Shown: positions 39,401 to 52,800 of the stretch, piece by piece
Layout of the letters: each line of letters begins with the position of its first letter
Position numbering within the stretch: position 1 is the first letter of the stretch
Source: Ptychomitrium polyphyllum
Taxonomy: Eukaryota
Direction: 5' to 3'
DNA length: 64,000 nt
Assembly (NCBI GenBank): GCA_973851085.1
Contig: OZ316775.1
Span: 9,176,001-9,240,000 of the forward strand
Notes under the pieces: generated by a model
The model's database searches: none
What the model was told of the DNA's origin: nothing
The model's input: only the letters and a program-made list of their open reading frames with translations
Program-made: the position numbers and the translations under genes

Positions 39401-39671
39401 TATACATTGTGAGAACCTTGGCTCCAATGAGGGCCGAAAACCCAACACTCACAGCGGCTGTTTTCCTCTGCAACCCTATTCCCACGCGAACCCTATTCCG
39501 TGGCATTCAGAGGCTACCGCGTTCACACGGGAGCCGTAGCAAGGCGAATGTAACCGCATTCAGACCGGAGCCGTAGCACGAGACAGGCAGCCTCGTTCAG
39601 ACGAGAGCCGCGGCGGGGCGAGGTGCGGGCGCGGAGAGGGGGGCGTAGTGCGACGCCCCAACCGAGGCGAG

Positions 39672-39708
39672 GGAGGGAGGGAGGGAGAAGTGAGAGAGAG
39701 AGAGAGAG
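39672..39708. repeat. GA/GGA-rich microsatellite in the promoter or 5'UTR of the DUF538 gene
   Basis: ggagggagggagggagaagtgagagagagagagagag. Confidence 0.8.
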
Positions 39709-39796
39709 GGGCAAGAGGGGTCGCCATCGCCAAGTTGGCCGCATCCACCCGCCAAGGTTGGATTTTGAGGCATTCTGAGCGCTGCCAGAGGTCGCC

Positions 39797-41961
39797 ATGA
39801 AGCTCCTGGCGCTGCTGCTGGCCGTAGTGGTGGCCACGGCGCTGGCGGATTCCGTTACCGACGAGCTGGAGAAGAATGGGCTTCCCGTGGGGCTGCTGCC
39901 GACGTCCGTGACGAGCTACGCCATCTCCGCGGACGGTCAGTTCACGCTCTCCCTCGAGGCCCCCTGCTACGCGAAGATCGACGACCAGGTGGGGGCTTTG
40001 TCAAAGCCGGTTGTGTTAACAGGGGGTCGATGATTCTCTCGTGTTGCATGCGTTGCGTCGTGTCGGTGGTTTGGTTGCTCTGCTCTTTTTGGTTTGTGTT
40101 GGTCAGTCTCTGAGTTGAGCTTTGTGTGTTAGGATATGAGTTTCTGGGGGTTGATCTTCGTGGAAGTTGAGTTTTTGTTCGGTCATCGGTTGATAGATTC
40201 TTTCGGGTGATAAGAGCTTGGTGGTTGATTGTTTGGGGTTTTCTGGGGGGTTCTTCTGGGTGGTGATGAGTGCAAGTGTTTTGATGCTCTTCTCGTGGAG
40301 GTTCTCTCAGTGTTGAGGATCGTTTGAAGAAGTGAGGTGAGATGAGGTGAGGTGAGGGTGCAGTTGTAGGTTGATTCAATGCGTCGGGGGTCGATCCTCT
40401 GTTTCTTTTTGGTTCCGAAGCACGGTGAGAAGCGTTTTGTGTTCGTTTTTCGCTTTCTTTCGCTGTGCCTTTCACTCGCGAGGGGTTTCCATGAAGCCGA
40501 TTCTATGGATTAAGTGAGGAATGGGTGGATATTGGCATTGACGGACCTTCAGATGTTTCTGATTTTCGTGTCCAAGACGAGTCGTGCGGTTGCGGTACTT
40601 TTGGTTTTGAAATTCTGCACTAGAGCTTCTGCAGTGTTGTTATGAGAGCCAAGCTGCAGTGTGCCGAATGCAACAGCCGTCAGGAGTAATTTGGGATCTC
40701 TATGTGCGTTGTATTGAGATCGATTAATATTTAGGATGATGCGGTGTTAGTTAGTTTTGAAATGCGATTGCGCTATGAGTAAATTTTAGGGATGATGTGA
40801 TTTCTGGGCATTGTCAAAACTAATGTTTTGCTATCTGGTTTACAAATCCATACAATCCTCTTCGTTATCCAGTACCGTCACATTGGTATTTTGTGATATG
40901 ACGCAGCGGATAAGTGCTTGACTTTAGGCAGAAGGGAATCCCACGTAATCAACTTCTTTTCTATATTTAGGAATGATGAGCTGTTTTTTCTGTTTCTAGC
41001 AGGGTCGGCGATTGTATCTTTTTTCACAATCTCTGAAATTGTGTCTAATGCTCTCCAGTGACTTGTTCCGAATATTAAATGGATGTGGTCACTGGGTACC
41101 TGCTCACAATCAGAATTCTAAGATTGACCGTTTGCTTTTGTTTTTAAGTAGCAAGCAATGCAATGCTCCTACTCTTGCTCGAATCAGTAGAATGACACTT
41201 TCAGAATCCAGGCGTGAATGTCATCATGTAATACAATGTGGCCTCAATGGTCTTTTCCTTCCGAGTCATAGCAATTATGGTTCTGAGTTATGACGAATCT
41301 TCCAAATGCCGTTACCGATGCTTGATTAAAGTTTGTCTCCTCAATCTAACTCTGTGTGGTGTGTATTTTTGTGCAATCATAATAGCTGGCGTATTACAGC
41401 CAAAACATCACGGGAAAGCTCAAGTATGGCGCCATTAGTAACTTGGATGGAATCGAGACGAAGCAGCTCTTCGTGTGGTTGCCAGTGACAGGAATCTACG
41501 TTGATGTGCCTGCAACACCCTACATCTACTTTGAGGTCGGGGTCTTGACAAAGCGACTTGCGCTTGCTGTATTCGAGACTCCTATCAAGTGCAATGCTCA
41601 TCATGTTGAGACAGGATTTCGTATCCCAAGCTGGGTGAGTTGTTTCTAACCGTAAACCACATTCTCATGTAGTATCTGAAGTGATCTATCTTTTCTTCAA
41701 CTTATTCAAGAATGGCTATATCCCTTGGTTCTTTGTATACACATCAAGTTTGATGTCAAGCATTAGAAGAGATTGTCTAATTCTTTCTATGCCCATTATT
41801 TTCATTACTCCGTCTACTTTAACGGGCTATAAACAATGCAGCCGAGAATATGTTGTAAGATAGTTCTCATGTGTCCAATTCTTAAATGCATTCTGGTTGG
41901 TAATGTGCAGGTTGCCAACGGTGCTATTGGCGGCTCTCGACCAAGGAAGGCGCTACAGTGA
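39797..41961 (+). CDS. Secreted DUF538-family protein, 3 exons
   Basis: Exons 39797-39988, 41386-41634, 41911-41961. Signal peptide MKLLALLLAVVVATALA, then ELEKNGLPVGLLP...YYSQNITGKLKYGAISNLDGIETKQLFVWLPVTGIYVD...IYFEVGVLTKRLALAVFETPIKC, the typical DUF538 pattern. Confidence 0.9.
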
Positions 41962-43096
41962 CTTAATTGCTGATGCGAACAGCGCGACGTAATTGCTCGG
42001 AGAGAGTAATGCGATAGTCGTTTTGTATGTATGACAAGCTTCTGAGTGCGAGTGTGTTTTGTTTCTTCTCATGGTAGAGCATGGGATGTGAATTGCAATA
42101 TAAATAATCGATTCCTGCTAATTTCTGTTACTACAGATGATCCATTTGTCTCTAGTGGTTCACAGTCCTCTGTTTCTGTATTTTGCTGGATGTATGTGGT
42201 TGCCTTCATTACAAGAGGACCATACTTTATCAGAAACTGTGTATTTCAAGATCAATTCCTGTCACGGATGCTGTACTTGCCTTCGTCCGCATGAGGTGGT
42301 TGATTTAGTTTGTATCAAGTTCCTCGGTATCAACGCAACATCATTGTTTTCTAGCTTATTGACCATCCTAACGCCCACAATCAACTGCAACCGTGATATA
42401 GTCCACCTCATTAATCGTCTGGAGGCTCCCCACCTCCTTTTGACTGTGCACGAAACGAGTTGACATTCGAAGATATTACCCAGCGAACGCAGAGTCATTT
42501 GATCTTGTGTGCTCGAGTCGATTTCTAGGTTGATACAATGATATTTTATCTCCCAACTGTTAGTTACTCGTGATACAACCTTGGAGAGCGGAGCTCATAC
42601 AAGAGCGTAAGGTCCAGCACATAGGTACAGGTGATGCAACCTACTGGATAACACGTTCTCAATGGGACGCTATGATCACAAATAAGTGTACTCTGAAAGG
42701 CTTTGACGTTGACCCTTCTATCCATGTACTGTACGTCAACAACTGTACAATGTACTTACCAAATGGTGATGTCTTTGTCCTCGCAGTTGGAGGCTCGCAA
42801 TCGATTTACTATGACAGATTACAGTACATGGAATTTGGAGAGCCTTGGACAGCGTGAAAATTGCAGGAATTTTATTGCAGGTATCGGGTATCACCTGTAA
42901 ACGTAGGGAACGGAAAATAAATTTGGACTCATGTCATGTCACATCATTTATACCCGTCTCTAGACCATTATGAACTATTGTAGAGAGCGGGAGAAAAAAC
43001 TCGGCTCAATCAAGACATGGTAATTTTAAAACAAATCTCAACCGCTATGTACTCGATCCTTCCATGTCTTTTTCTAAAGGAAGGCGTTAAGCAGCA

Positions 43097-43226
43097 GTTG
43101 ACTACGGTTGACTTCTGAGTAGTACTAGTTCAAGAAGTTTATTGTTCATGTTGACAAAATCAAGCTGCATGGGGAATATGCATTTCTTTAAAATAGTTGA
43201 TACACACCTCAGCAAGTGCTATAAAA
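43097..43226 (+). promoter_or_regulatory. Peroxidase promoter: tandem W-boxes and TATA box
   Basis: GTTGACT at 43097-43103 and 43107-43113 (W-box TTGACY); TATAAAA at 43220-43226, about 130 bp upstream of the ATG; a further TTGACT at 43313-43318. Confidence 0.55.
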
Positions 43227-43343
43227 CACCACCTCAATGGCTCGTGAATCACTCAGACATTGATTGACATACTACAGTGCTGATTCCGCTGTCACGTTTG
43301 ATTGTCAGCAAATTGACTGTAAAAATCTGACAGAGCTCTATAA

Positions 43344-44857
<1,514 letters not shown>

Positions 44858-45850
44858 AACCATCACCATAGCCTAGCATCATCCTCCAATATGTAAAGCT
44901 CTTCCTTGTCCACGATTTCCTGTTTTAGTTCCTCTTCAAGGCATATCCTTTCTGGGTCACTCACATCCCACAATGTAAGGATTGATGCTCTCATGCAATG
45001 AAAAACCAAAAGTTTAAAAAAAGAAACTGGTTTCAGCGTTCCAGTCATTCGTTGACAGAATCATATCATCTTGCACAGTCGCCCGCTAAAGTAAGCACCC
45101 GAGATTAAAAAATTGATAAACGAGGTGATTGCTCAGTGCAGCGGCGACTAGGGTCAGTGATTGACTGAGTGTGAAAAGAGCGTTAGCGACAGAACGAGTT
45201 GCAGCAGTGAAGCTGCGGAAGCAGGGGAGTCCTGATGAGGTCGCGAATCCTGGACCAACTAAGATCATTCGAAGCTCTCTCTCGGATCCTAGAATTCACA
45301 AGTCACCCATCTAAGACAGTGGCCATGATCTCGTCGTCAACGCGTACCTTCGATCTTGCGAAAGTCGGATGTCGGTAGCGAATTCAGTCGGCCTGCTAGT
45401 CTAGGGTTTCGTCTAGAGTTTGGGTTGCTGATTGGAGTTTTCATAAGTCATTTCGCGGAGTCGTCTGTTTTCATGCTTGTTGACCTAGGTTGTCGTCTTG
45501 TTGGGTTTTATGAGGTTGGAGAGCTCATCTGGTTTCGGAGGGAGTGGATTCTCATCTTGGGATACTGAGAGTTCGTGTTAAGGGTTTCGAGCGTTTGTTG
45601 AGAGCTTGTTGGGGAGGCTCTTGAATTTTTGTCGGAAAACAGGTCGTGTTTGGTGGAGGTCAGCGAATTTCTGGACGAATTGCGGTTTTTCATTGCATTT
45701 TGGGTTGTTTTGTGGGTTCGGAATTGTTTGTGGCGGCGGCTGCTGCTGCTGTGGAGGAGGAGAAGGAGGACGTTTTCAGCGAGAGAAGCTCCTGGATTGT
45801 TGTTGAGGTGTCAGCTGGTCGTGGTTGCTGGGTTGGAATTATAGGTGGCT

Positions 45851-47065
45851 ATGGCTGAAGGGGAGTCCGAGAAGATGGCCACTGCGGTTGAAGACATTCC
45901 ATGCCTATGGACGAAATTGCCACGGGAGCTGGAGCACAAGGTGATGAGCTACCTCCCGCTGCGCGACCTCTTCCGGGTGCGCTGTGTGTGCAAGGACTGG
46001 CGCTACGCGATCCACCGGCGCGGCTTCCGCAGCATGTACGACGCATTGTACAGCGAAGAGCACCCCAACCCCGCAATCTGCTACGTCGGATCGTACTACC
46101 CAAGCAGCCTTGAGTGGTCGATGTACGATTACATTAAGAAAGTGTGGAAGAAAATGCGGAGCTTCCCTCCGCAGACTAGAGTCGACCAGTACCTCGTCGA
46201 CCAGAGCGTGTATTCGGTCCAGGGCCTCCTCTGTCTCCTCCTCTGGAAGCAGGAGCAGAAAGTGCGAACCCACTTCCCATGGCTTGTGTGGAATCCCCTC
46301 ACGAACAAGGCAAAGCATCTGCCGCCTTGCAAGCACAAGACTGTCAACCGCGGGACGTTCTTCGTGCACACGTTCGCGGACGAGGCCACCAAGACGTACA
46401 AAATTCTGATGGCGCACAACCCGAAGCAGCACCCGTACCAATACATGGAGACCGACACGAGCTTGGTGACGGAGATTTACGACTCCGCGACGGGCACCTG
46501 GCGAGAGTCGCCAGAGTACAAACTGCGGCTTCCCTTGAGCCCCTCCAACCAGGCACCCAAGCGCGGCATGCTCTGCGACGGTCTTATCTACTTTGTGACG
46601 AGAACTTCGAACGAGAACGTCCTCTTGTCGTATGACATCTATGAGGATCGATGGCACGAGGAGATCACCGACGAGGAGTGCATGGAGATCTTCGAGTGGG
46701 ATGGAAAGGTCATGACCGCCATGCCGCTCCTGGCAGACGATTTCTTCATGGACGAGAACAGGTACCGAATCTCCCTGTTCGAGAGGAGCTCTGCCACGAA
46801 GGGGTGGGTGAATACCGGAATTGAGATCCCTTTTAAGATTAGGAACAAGTTTGTTGAGGATGAGGAGGGTGTGGAGATAGCCGCGAGCGGGAACCATCTC
46901 GCCATCACGGGCTACACGAGTGATGGGAGCTTTAGGATTGCAGTTTACAAGAAAGAGGAGAAGTATTGGCGATTTCCTCCAACTGCGGCTTTCTCTGATA
47001 AGATGCGGCAGGCCAGAATAGAAGGGTTGTTTCAATTTAAGCCGAGGTTGGATTGGATCCCGTAA
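45851..47065 (+). CDS. F-box protein with a C-terminal beta-propeller-like (FBA/kelch-type) region; intronless CDS
   Basis: Single ORF with first ATG at 45851. F-box WTKLPRELEHKVMSYLPLRDLFRVRCVCKDWR, then GLLCL, VWNPLT..K.LPP, YKIL, TEIYDSATGTW, DGLIYF, LLSYDI..DRW. Confidence 0.92.
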   Translation: MAEGESEKMATAVEDIPCLWTKLPRELEHKVMSYLPLRDLFRVRCVCKDWRYAIHRRGFRSMYDALYSEEHPNPAICYVGSYYPSSLEWSMYDYIKKVWKKMRSFPPQTRVDQYLVDQSVYSVQGLLCLLLWKQEQKVRTHFPWLVWNPLTNKAKHLPPCKHKTVNRGTFFVHTFADEATKTYKILMAHNPKQHPYQYMETDTSLVTEIYDSATGTWRESPEYKLRLPLSPSNQAPKRGMLCDGLIYFVTRTSNENVLLSYDIYEDRWHEEITDEECMEIFEWDGKVMTAMPLLADDFFMDENRYRISLFERSSATKGWVNTGIEIPFKIRNKFVEDEEGVEIAASGNHLAITGYTSDGSFRIAVYKKEEKYWRFPPTAAFSDKMRQARIEGLFQFKPRLDWIP

Positions 47066-48078
47066 TCGGAAGTTCGATTGGAGAGGGTTTTGATGTATTT
47101 AGTATTGGAAGGGATTTGTAGGTGTCCAAATGGACTAGTTTTACGATGATCCCGGGTTTCATCACACGGCTGGGCTTCTGAACTGATTGACAGAGGCTCG
47201 AGTTTGATGTTGTATGATCCTACAGTTTTCTTACTGCGATGATGGTGATGATGTTGTACATTTTCAGTACCTTGTACTATGTTAATTTGGACACTGGTTT
47301 GCTTTTGTCTACTGCAGTTTCTTTTTTTCCTGCTTTTGTGACTGTTTTGTTGACGGTCTTTTTGTGAGGAAGGTAGTTGTTGCGTTTTTTATGGAAGGCA
47401 GTCTGGCTGCAACTGCAGGAGTTGTCAGGTGTTTCTGCTGCTCTTTCTGTTGCATCTTTTCTTCTTAACAAACGAATTTTTCCGGCTCAGCTGTACCAGT
47501 TTGCAGGTTTGTGTTTTCCAAGTTTATAGTTTAGCTGCAGATGATTTTGGAGTAGGAGACGGCGATCTGTGCGTTCTAGCCATGTTCACTGTGTAGCGAT
47601 ATGCTGCGTACCATGTTCGTTGGGGGCTTATCATTCGGAGAGTGAAGATGGAACTTTCGCCTTTGACAATCTAAGGGTCCTATCTTACAGTTGTTGATTA
47701 GGTAATCATAACTGATGCAGTTGAGCTAAGCATTTGTCGAGGTGCTGTCTTCATGTTGCAGCGAACTTGTGTACCCATGTGAGGAGCTTTTTGGTATCAC
47801 AGTTTTGGTAAGTTCCACTCGTCTTGGTCCAAGAGTTGTTACGAGAACAGGGGAGCTTTCATAACCCTCCAAGTTGCATCTTCATGGCAAATTGTGGCTG
47901 TTTTCTTCGTCACTTTCGAATGTTCGGTTTCTTCCCACCGAAAGAGCATTCTCGTTGTAACATTCTCGTCTTATGCATTGCAAAAGAAAGTTCGAATACG
48001 TCTCCAACTGGGGGAGCAGATTGGAAAACTAGCATTGTAGTATTGTAATTTTTAGGGCACATGTGTGCTTAGGGCCTC

Positions 48079-49026
48079 ATGCATGGTTTCTCTTCGCTGG
48101 AAACGCCACTGTCCTCGTTCTCCTGGGCAAGGACTATGAACAAGACACGCATCTTCCGAGTCCCGAAGCGGCTCCTCAGTACTGCAAGTGCTTTGGTGGC
48201 GGTCTCATTGACGCACATCAGGTATAAAGCAGGAGATTGTTTCGGCTGGATCATGGGATGGTTCTCCTTGCTGCCTGTCTTCATCGCCTTCGGAGGCTTC
48301 ACCTCCCTAGTCCTCTTCCGCCGGGAGCTTCAGACTTTCTTCTTCGCCCTTGGCCTCTTGTTTTGCGAGACTACAAATCAGGTACTTTTTTATCCTCCTT
48401 GCCTGATCAGTTCCAATTGGGGATTTATGAATGGGTTGTAATAACTTTGTTGACATGCTTTGCAGATCATTAAGAACGTAGTGCGGGAGCCACGACCAGC
48501 TACATGTGGACTATTGGAAGCATGCGAATCCTATGGGTGGCCTTCAGGCCATTCTCAGTTTATGTTGTTCTTCGCCATTTATTTGACGTATCTTTCTACT
48601 TTTAATTTCACGTTCTCAGCAGACTACGTGAAGATGATCACAATTGCGTTGCCGTGGGCACTGGCTCCACTAGTCATGTATTCTCGTGTTTACCTGGGTT
48701 ACCATTCTGTGACTCAAGTGTTTGCAGGAGCTTCCTTGGGTATTTTTTTGGGCTCCTTCTGGTTTTGGTATGTCCACCGCTATTTTCATCCGAAATTCCA
48801 ACAATTCGAGAAGTCCAAATTCTGTCGGTTTTTCCGAATCAAAGACAGCAGCCATATCCCTGACGTCATTGGATTTGAGTACAAAGTCTCGAGGAAATTG
48901 CGTCCAATTGAAAACTCGGGACTTCAACGGCTTCGCCAGAAGCAATTAGTGCCTGAGCTTCGCGGATATCGTCGAACACGACCGCAACCGCATTGTCACC
49001 GCTGTCGTCGAGCCAAGTGGGATTGA
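48079..49026 (+). CDS. LPPG: PAP2-family lipid phosphate phosphatase gamma / dolichyl-diphosphatase-like, 2 exons
   Basis: Exons 48079(or 48136)-48381 and 48466-49026. AVSLTHIRY.GD, FRRELQ, and PAP2 motifs C1 KNVVREPRP, C2 WPSGHSQ, C3 SRVYLGYHSVTQV, plus RIKDSSHIPDV. The start codon is uncertain. Confidence 0.9.
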
Positions 49027-49874
49027 GGTTTTATGATCAGCTTGCTGGTTTAATCATTTGTGAGTTCTCACCGATTCACTGGTTCAAACCATCTGCCTGA
49101 GCCTTTTCACCTTTCCGTAGACACTTGATACTTGATAATCATGCAAACTTTCGCAATGAGCAAACAACCAAACAATCGGACATTGGGTTACATGTGCTTA
49201 TCGGATGTGCAGAACATCATCAAACAACTATTAAGCGAAATTGAAAATGAAGGTCTCAAAGCAACCTAAGCGTAATATATTGAGGAAGATTAATAAACGT
49301 CTGTAGGATAGAGGACAGAGAAGCGAGAGACTAATTGGTGTTCGACAGCCACTTGAATGAGGAGTAACACATATATTGCTATTAGCATTCATTGAAACAC
49401 AACTGAAGATAGGACAGAAGGAATGCAGTTAAGGGATTATCATCCCAAAAAAACAAATAGCTTGGCCAATAATGAATTTTTCAATCAGAGGTCCAAATGT
49501 TGCAGTCATGCAATGTATGAAATCTTCATAGGAATTAGTGAGATATTTTACAAGAGTGAGAGTCTCGTCCATTCTAAGGCTTAGCATACTCTTGAGCAGT
49601 TTCTTCCCGAATTCTTAAAACCTTAGCCACATCCAAGAGGTTTGAGAGTGACCCATAGCGATACCAACACAAACTCTATAGACGTCCAAGTTCAGTCTAT
49701 GATAAAGAACTGCAATCTATCAAAAGGCTCGAATGCATCCACCTCTGCCAAGGAAGAAAGGGACTTCAAAATGTTCATCTATACAAAACGCTGATCGAGT
49801 GAAAGCTCCCTGGTTCTGAATCATGGGAGATCGGTTTCCACTAAGTTGAGAATAGCACATACTGTTCTTGCCAG

Positions 49875-52800
49875 TTATACACAGAGAGAAGACATCCGCC
49901 GACTAAGATCTGCTGCATCCAATTGCGAGTTACCCAGTAGTTGAGCTCCATCAGGTCCTAGCAAGCCTCCTGAGCGCGGTATAACAACCTGACTTCCGAC
50001 TCCCAGTTGATTATCCTTTGTTTGATGCACATACTCGAAGAATTCGGCTACTTGTCTTGCATATCTTCACACATCGAAAATAATAATCAGTCAAGAACTA
50101 CTCTTGCAGCGACCGAGATAAGTACCTTACAAACACAGCCAAAACCTGCACAATCATCACCTATGTAATTCAGGACTTAACTATCAATATCAAAAAGACA
50201 AAACTAAACCTACCACGTGCTCAGAAACGGCAGCAGGCTAAATTGCTCACGATCACTAGAGCTACATGTATGTGACTGATCTAGTCAGTGTGACCAAGTG
50301 ACTAAGATCGAACGTTTCGAGTCCATAAAATAAAAACAAGATATCTACAAATGCAAGTTATAAGCAATTGGGCAAGCAAAACCGTGCAAGCGTCCGAAAT
50401 TATAATGACATACTCAGTTTTCGCATCAATATCTTTACTGAAATCGATGTTGGTATCACAGTCCAACATCAGTGCGGGAACCTGCAAAATCAGAACCAAT
50501 AGGTTTGAATCTTCGTCCATTGTAGTCACAAAATTGGTCCGGCAATGATCACAGTTAAAAAGGAACGCCTCACCAAACCAAACCTAAACTTTAAGAGACA
50601 TTAATATAGACCACAAATGAGTACCTCAGTGGTAGTGACAAATGGAAAAGAATCATGGAACATTTTTCTGCTCTTCTCATGCATTCAGTGGTTAACATCA
50701 CCAGTACCAGGTCTTAAGTAGAAAACTGATGACATATGTGCCTCAGTGGTAGTGACAATGAAAATCGGCAACATTTGATAGTCAAAGACTTGTCCTATGC
50801 ATGATTCATACATATCGTCATAGGCACAGAAAGTAACAAAGCAACATCACTTTCTACCCTATCCTTCAAACGAAGCATACATCATGGGAGCCAGTTTGTA
50901 AATTGTAGTTTTTACACTTTGGCAGCTCACAAATGATTAAGGTTGCATGAAGTTGCATGAAGTTGCAAGAAAAACCTTTTGGATGCATGAATGCACGTGA
51001 TTGCCCTCCAGATAGAACACTCGATCACGAATCCGAGATGACATTGGCTCCCGGAGCGCTGGACTAATGGAAAGAATTCCCCCATTGCTCGTCTGAGCTG
51101 GCAACAGCCATTGTTCGTGCTTTTCATGAAGCCCTTGAAGGTACTCTAAGCTTACTCCCTGTTCTTCTGGCCTGCAGCACCGCAGTAATGTCAATCTATG
51201 AACAGTCCGACACCGACTTCGGTGCTCTCCTAACACGTAATCAGGAGACTATAAGGAAACTTTCGTTAGGGGCACTTAACAAAGGCAATCAGTCGTGGAA
51301 AATAGAAAAGAAAAATAAGTTACTGCATACAATAACATAGATTGCAGCACCAGCCATACAGGATTTGAGACAAGATCATCCCTGTACTTGGCAACAAGAA
51401 AAAAGATCTTCACATGGCTTTAAGTGCTTGCCTCTTTCGAGAATGTAGACGCTGCATGCACGTGTCGGGGCTAGCCCGAAGATAAATAAACGCATCGGGA
51501 ACCAATCCTGGAAGTTCCGACACAACTGGATTGAACCATGAGTCATATATGCTGATTTCCATCTCGCTCATCCACTTAGCCTCGTGGACAGCACGTACAA
51601 AGACCTGCTCAACAACAAAGAGAGATCAGTACTACACGAATACTCTTACTCGTTCACCAGATCACATTTGTAAGGCATACTGAAAGCGTCAAATCAGGAG
51701 GTCATAGGGCTTACCATTCGGTCACTGAAAACACTTCGCTCCATCAGACGCAAAGGCTTGACCCCATGAGCAGATTCTCGCTCCTGCATTAGACGGGTTA
51801 CAAATACATAGTTCTGAAATGTGTAGGCATATCGTTCTGGCTCCCGATAAAAAGACTCGAGAATGTTGTGATGATTGGCACCTACATCTTGCCATTTTCC
51901 GACGGGTTCAGGGACGATCTGTATACAATACCAGGAGTCAGACACATGTTGAGAGTATAACCAACTTTCAGCTCCAAAAAAGTAGTGATGCCACTTACTT
52001 ATAATGCAAACATAATTCGACTCTGGCTACAAAATAGCAGATGCTAATTGAAAGTGAAGCTCAAGATTGATTGCATTCAACTTTTATTAAAGGGGAGAGA
52101 ATAGACCTCTACAAGATCTTGCAGCTCAAGAGTCTCACTTGCGATTTTCTGCAAGAACGTAGACTTGCCGACACTGATGTTACCTTCCACACAGAATGTC
52201 AAGCGTTTCCTAGGGCGAGTTCCTTCGTCATTGGGAGCCAGCTCAGCTTCTACCTTGTCTCTGATGTAGTTGGTAATGCTGGCAGCATGGTGCTTGTGAA
52301 GACCTACTGAACCCCGCAAGTATTCCACCATTTTCTCACAGCCATTATCCCGAAACTGCAAACAAATTTTGAAGGTAAAACCAGAAAGTTCAGAACTTAC
52401 CTTGAAGGCTCAAAAAGAAATTATACAGCATTACAGCAAAAGAAACCATCCACAGTAGAATTAAAACCAAAACTTAGCCACGTTGAGCGGATTCCTGATG
52501 CACATCGAATGCCCCAACAAATTAATCAACATCGCTTCTTAACCAGTGCAGGGGTTTTGCAATAGAAACCTAAAATCCGGCACCCAGGTATGTGACAAGA
52601 ACTATCCACTGACCTTATCACGATACAGCTGCTTGAGCTCATCCAATTTGGCAATTCCTTTCAAAACCAACTTCTCCATGTTGCGGGGTCCAATTCCAGG
52701 AACACTAAGCAGATCAGGAAGAGGTTCGTGCGCATGTCGAGGAACGCCCGCGGCCAGTGACCGTCGTCTCACCTCTCGATTTCTTCCTGCCATACATCAA

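Noticed and set aside
40973..41036. ATGATGA...CTGA in DUF538 intron 1 as a snoRNA
   Set aside because: No terminal stem and no rRNA complementarity that I recognise.
45232..45262. Hammerhead-ribozyme-like core CTGATGA followed by a GGTC...GACC stem
   Set aside because: The obligatory GAAA after stem II is absent (it reads AACT), and I could not build stems I and III.
45905..47035. 376-codon antisense ORF over the F-box gene
   Set aside because: Shadow ORF expected from the GC3-rich codon usage of the sense gene; no recognisable motifs.
51211..51225. CACCGACTTCGGTGC mini-hairpin reminiscent of a tracrRNA 3' hairpin
   Set aside because: A short palindrome in a plant intron, with no cas genes, repeats or other scaffold sequence.
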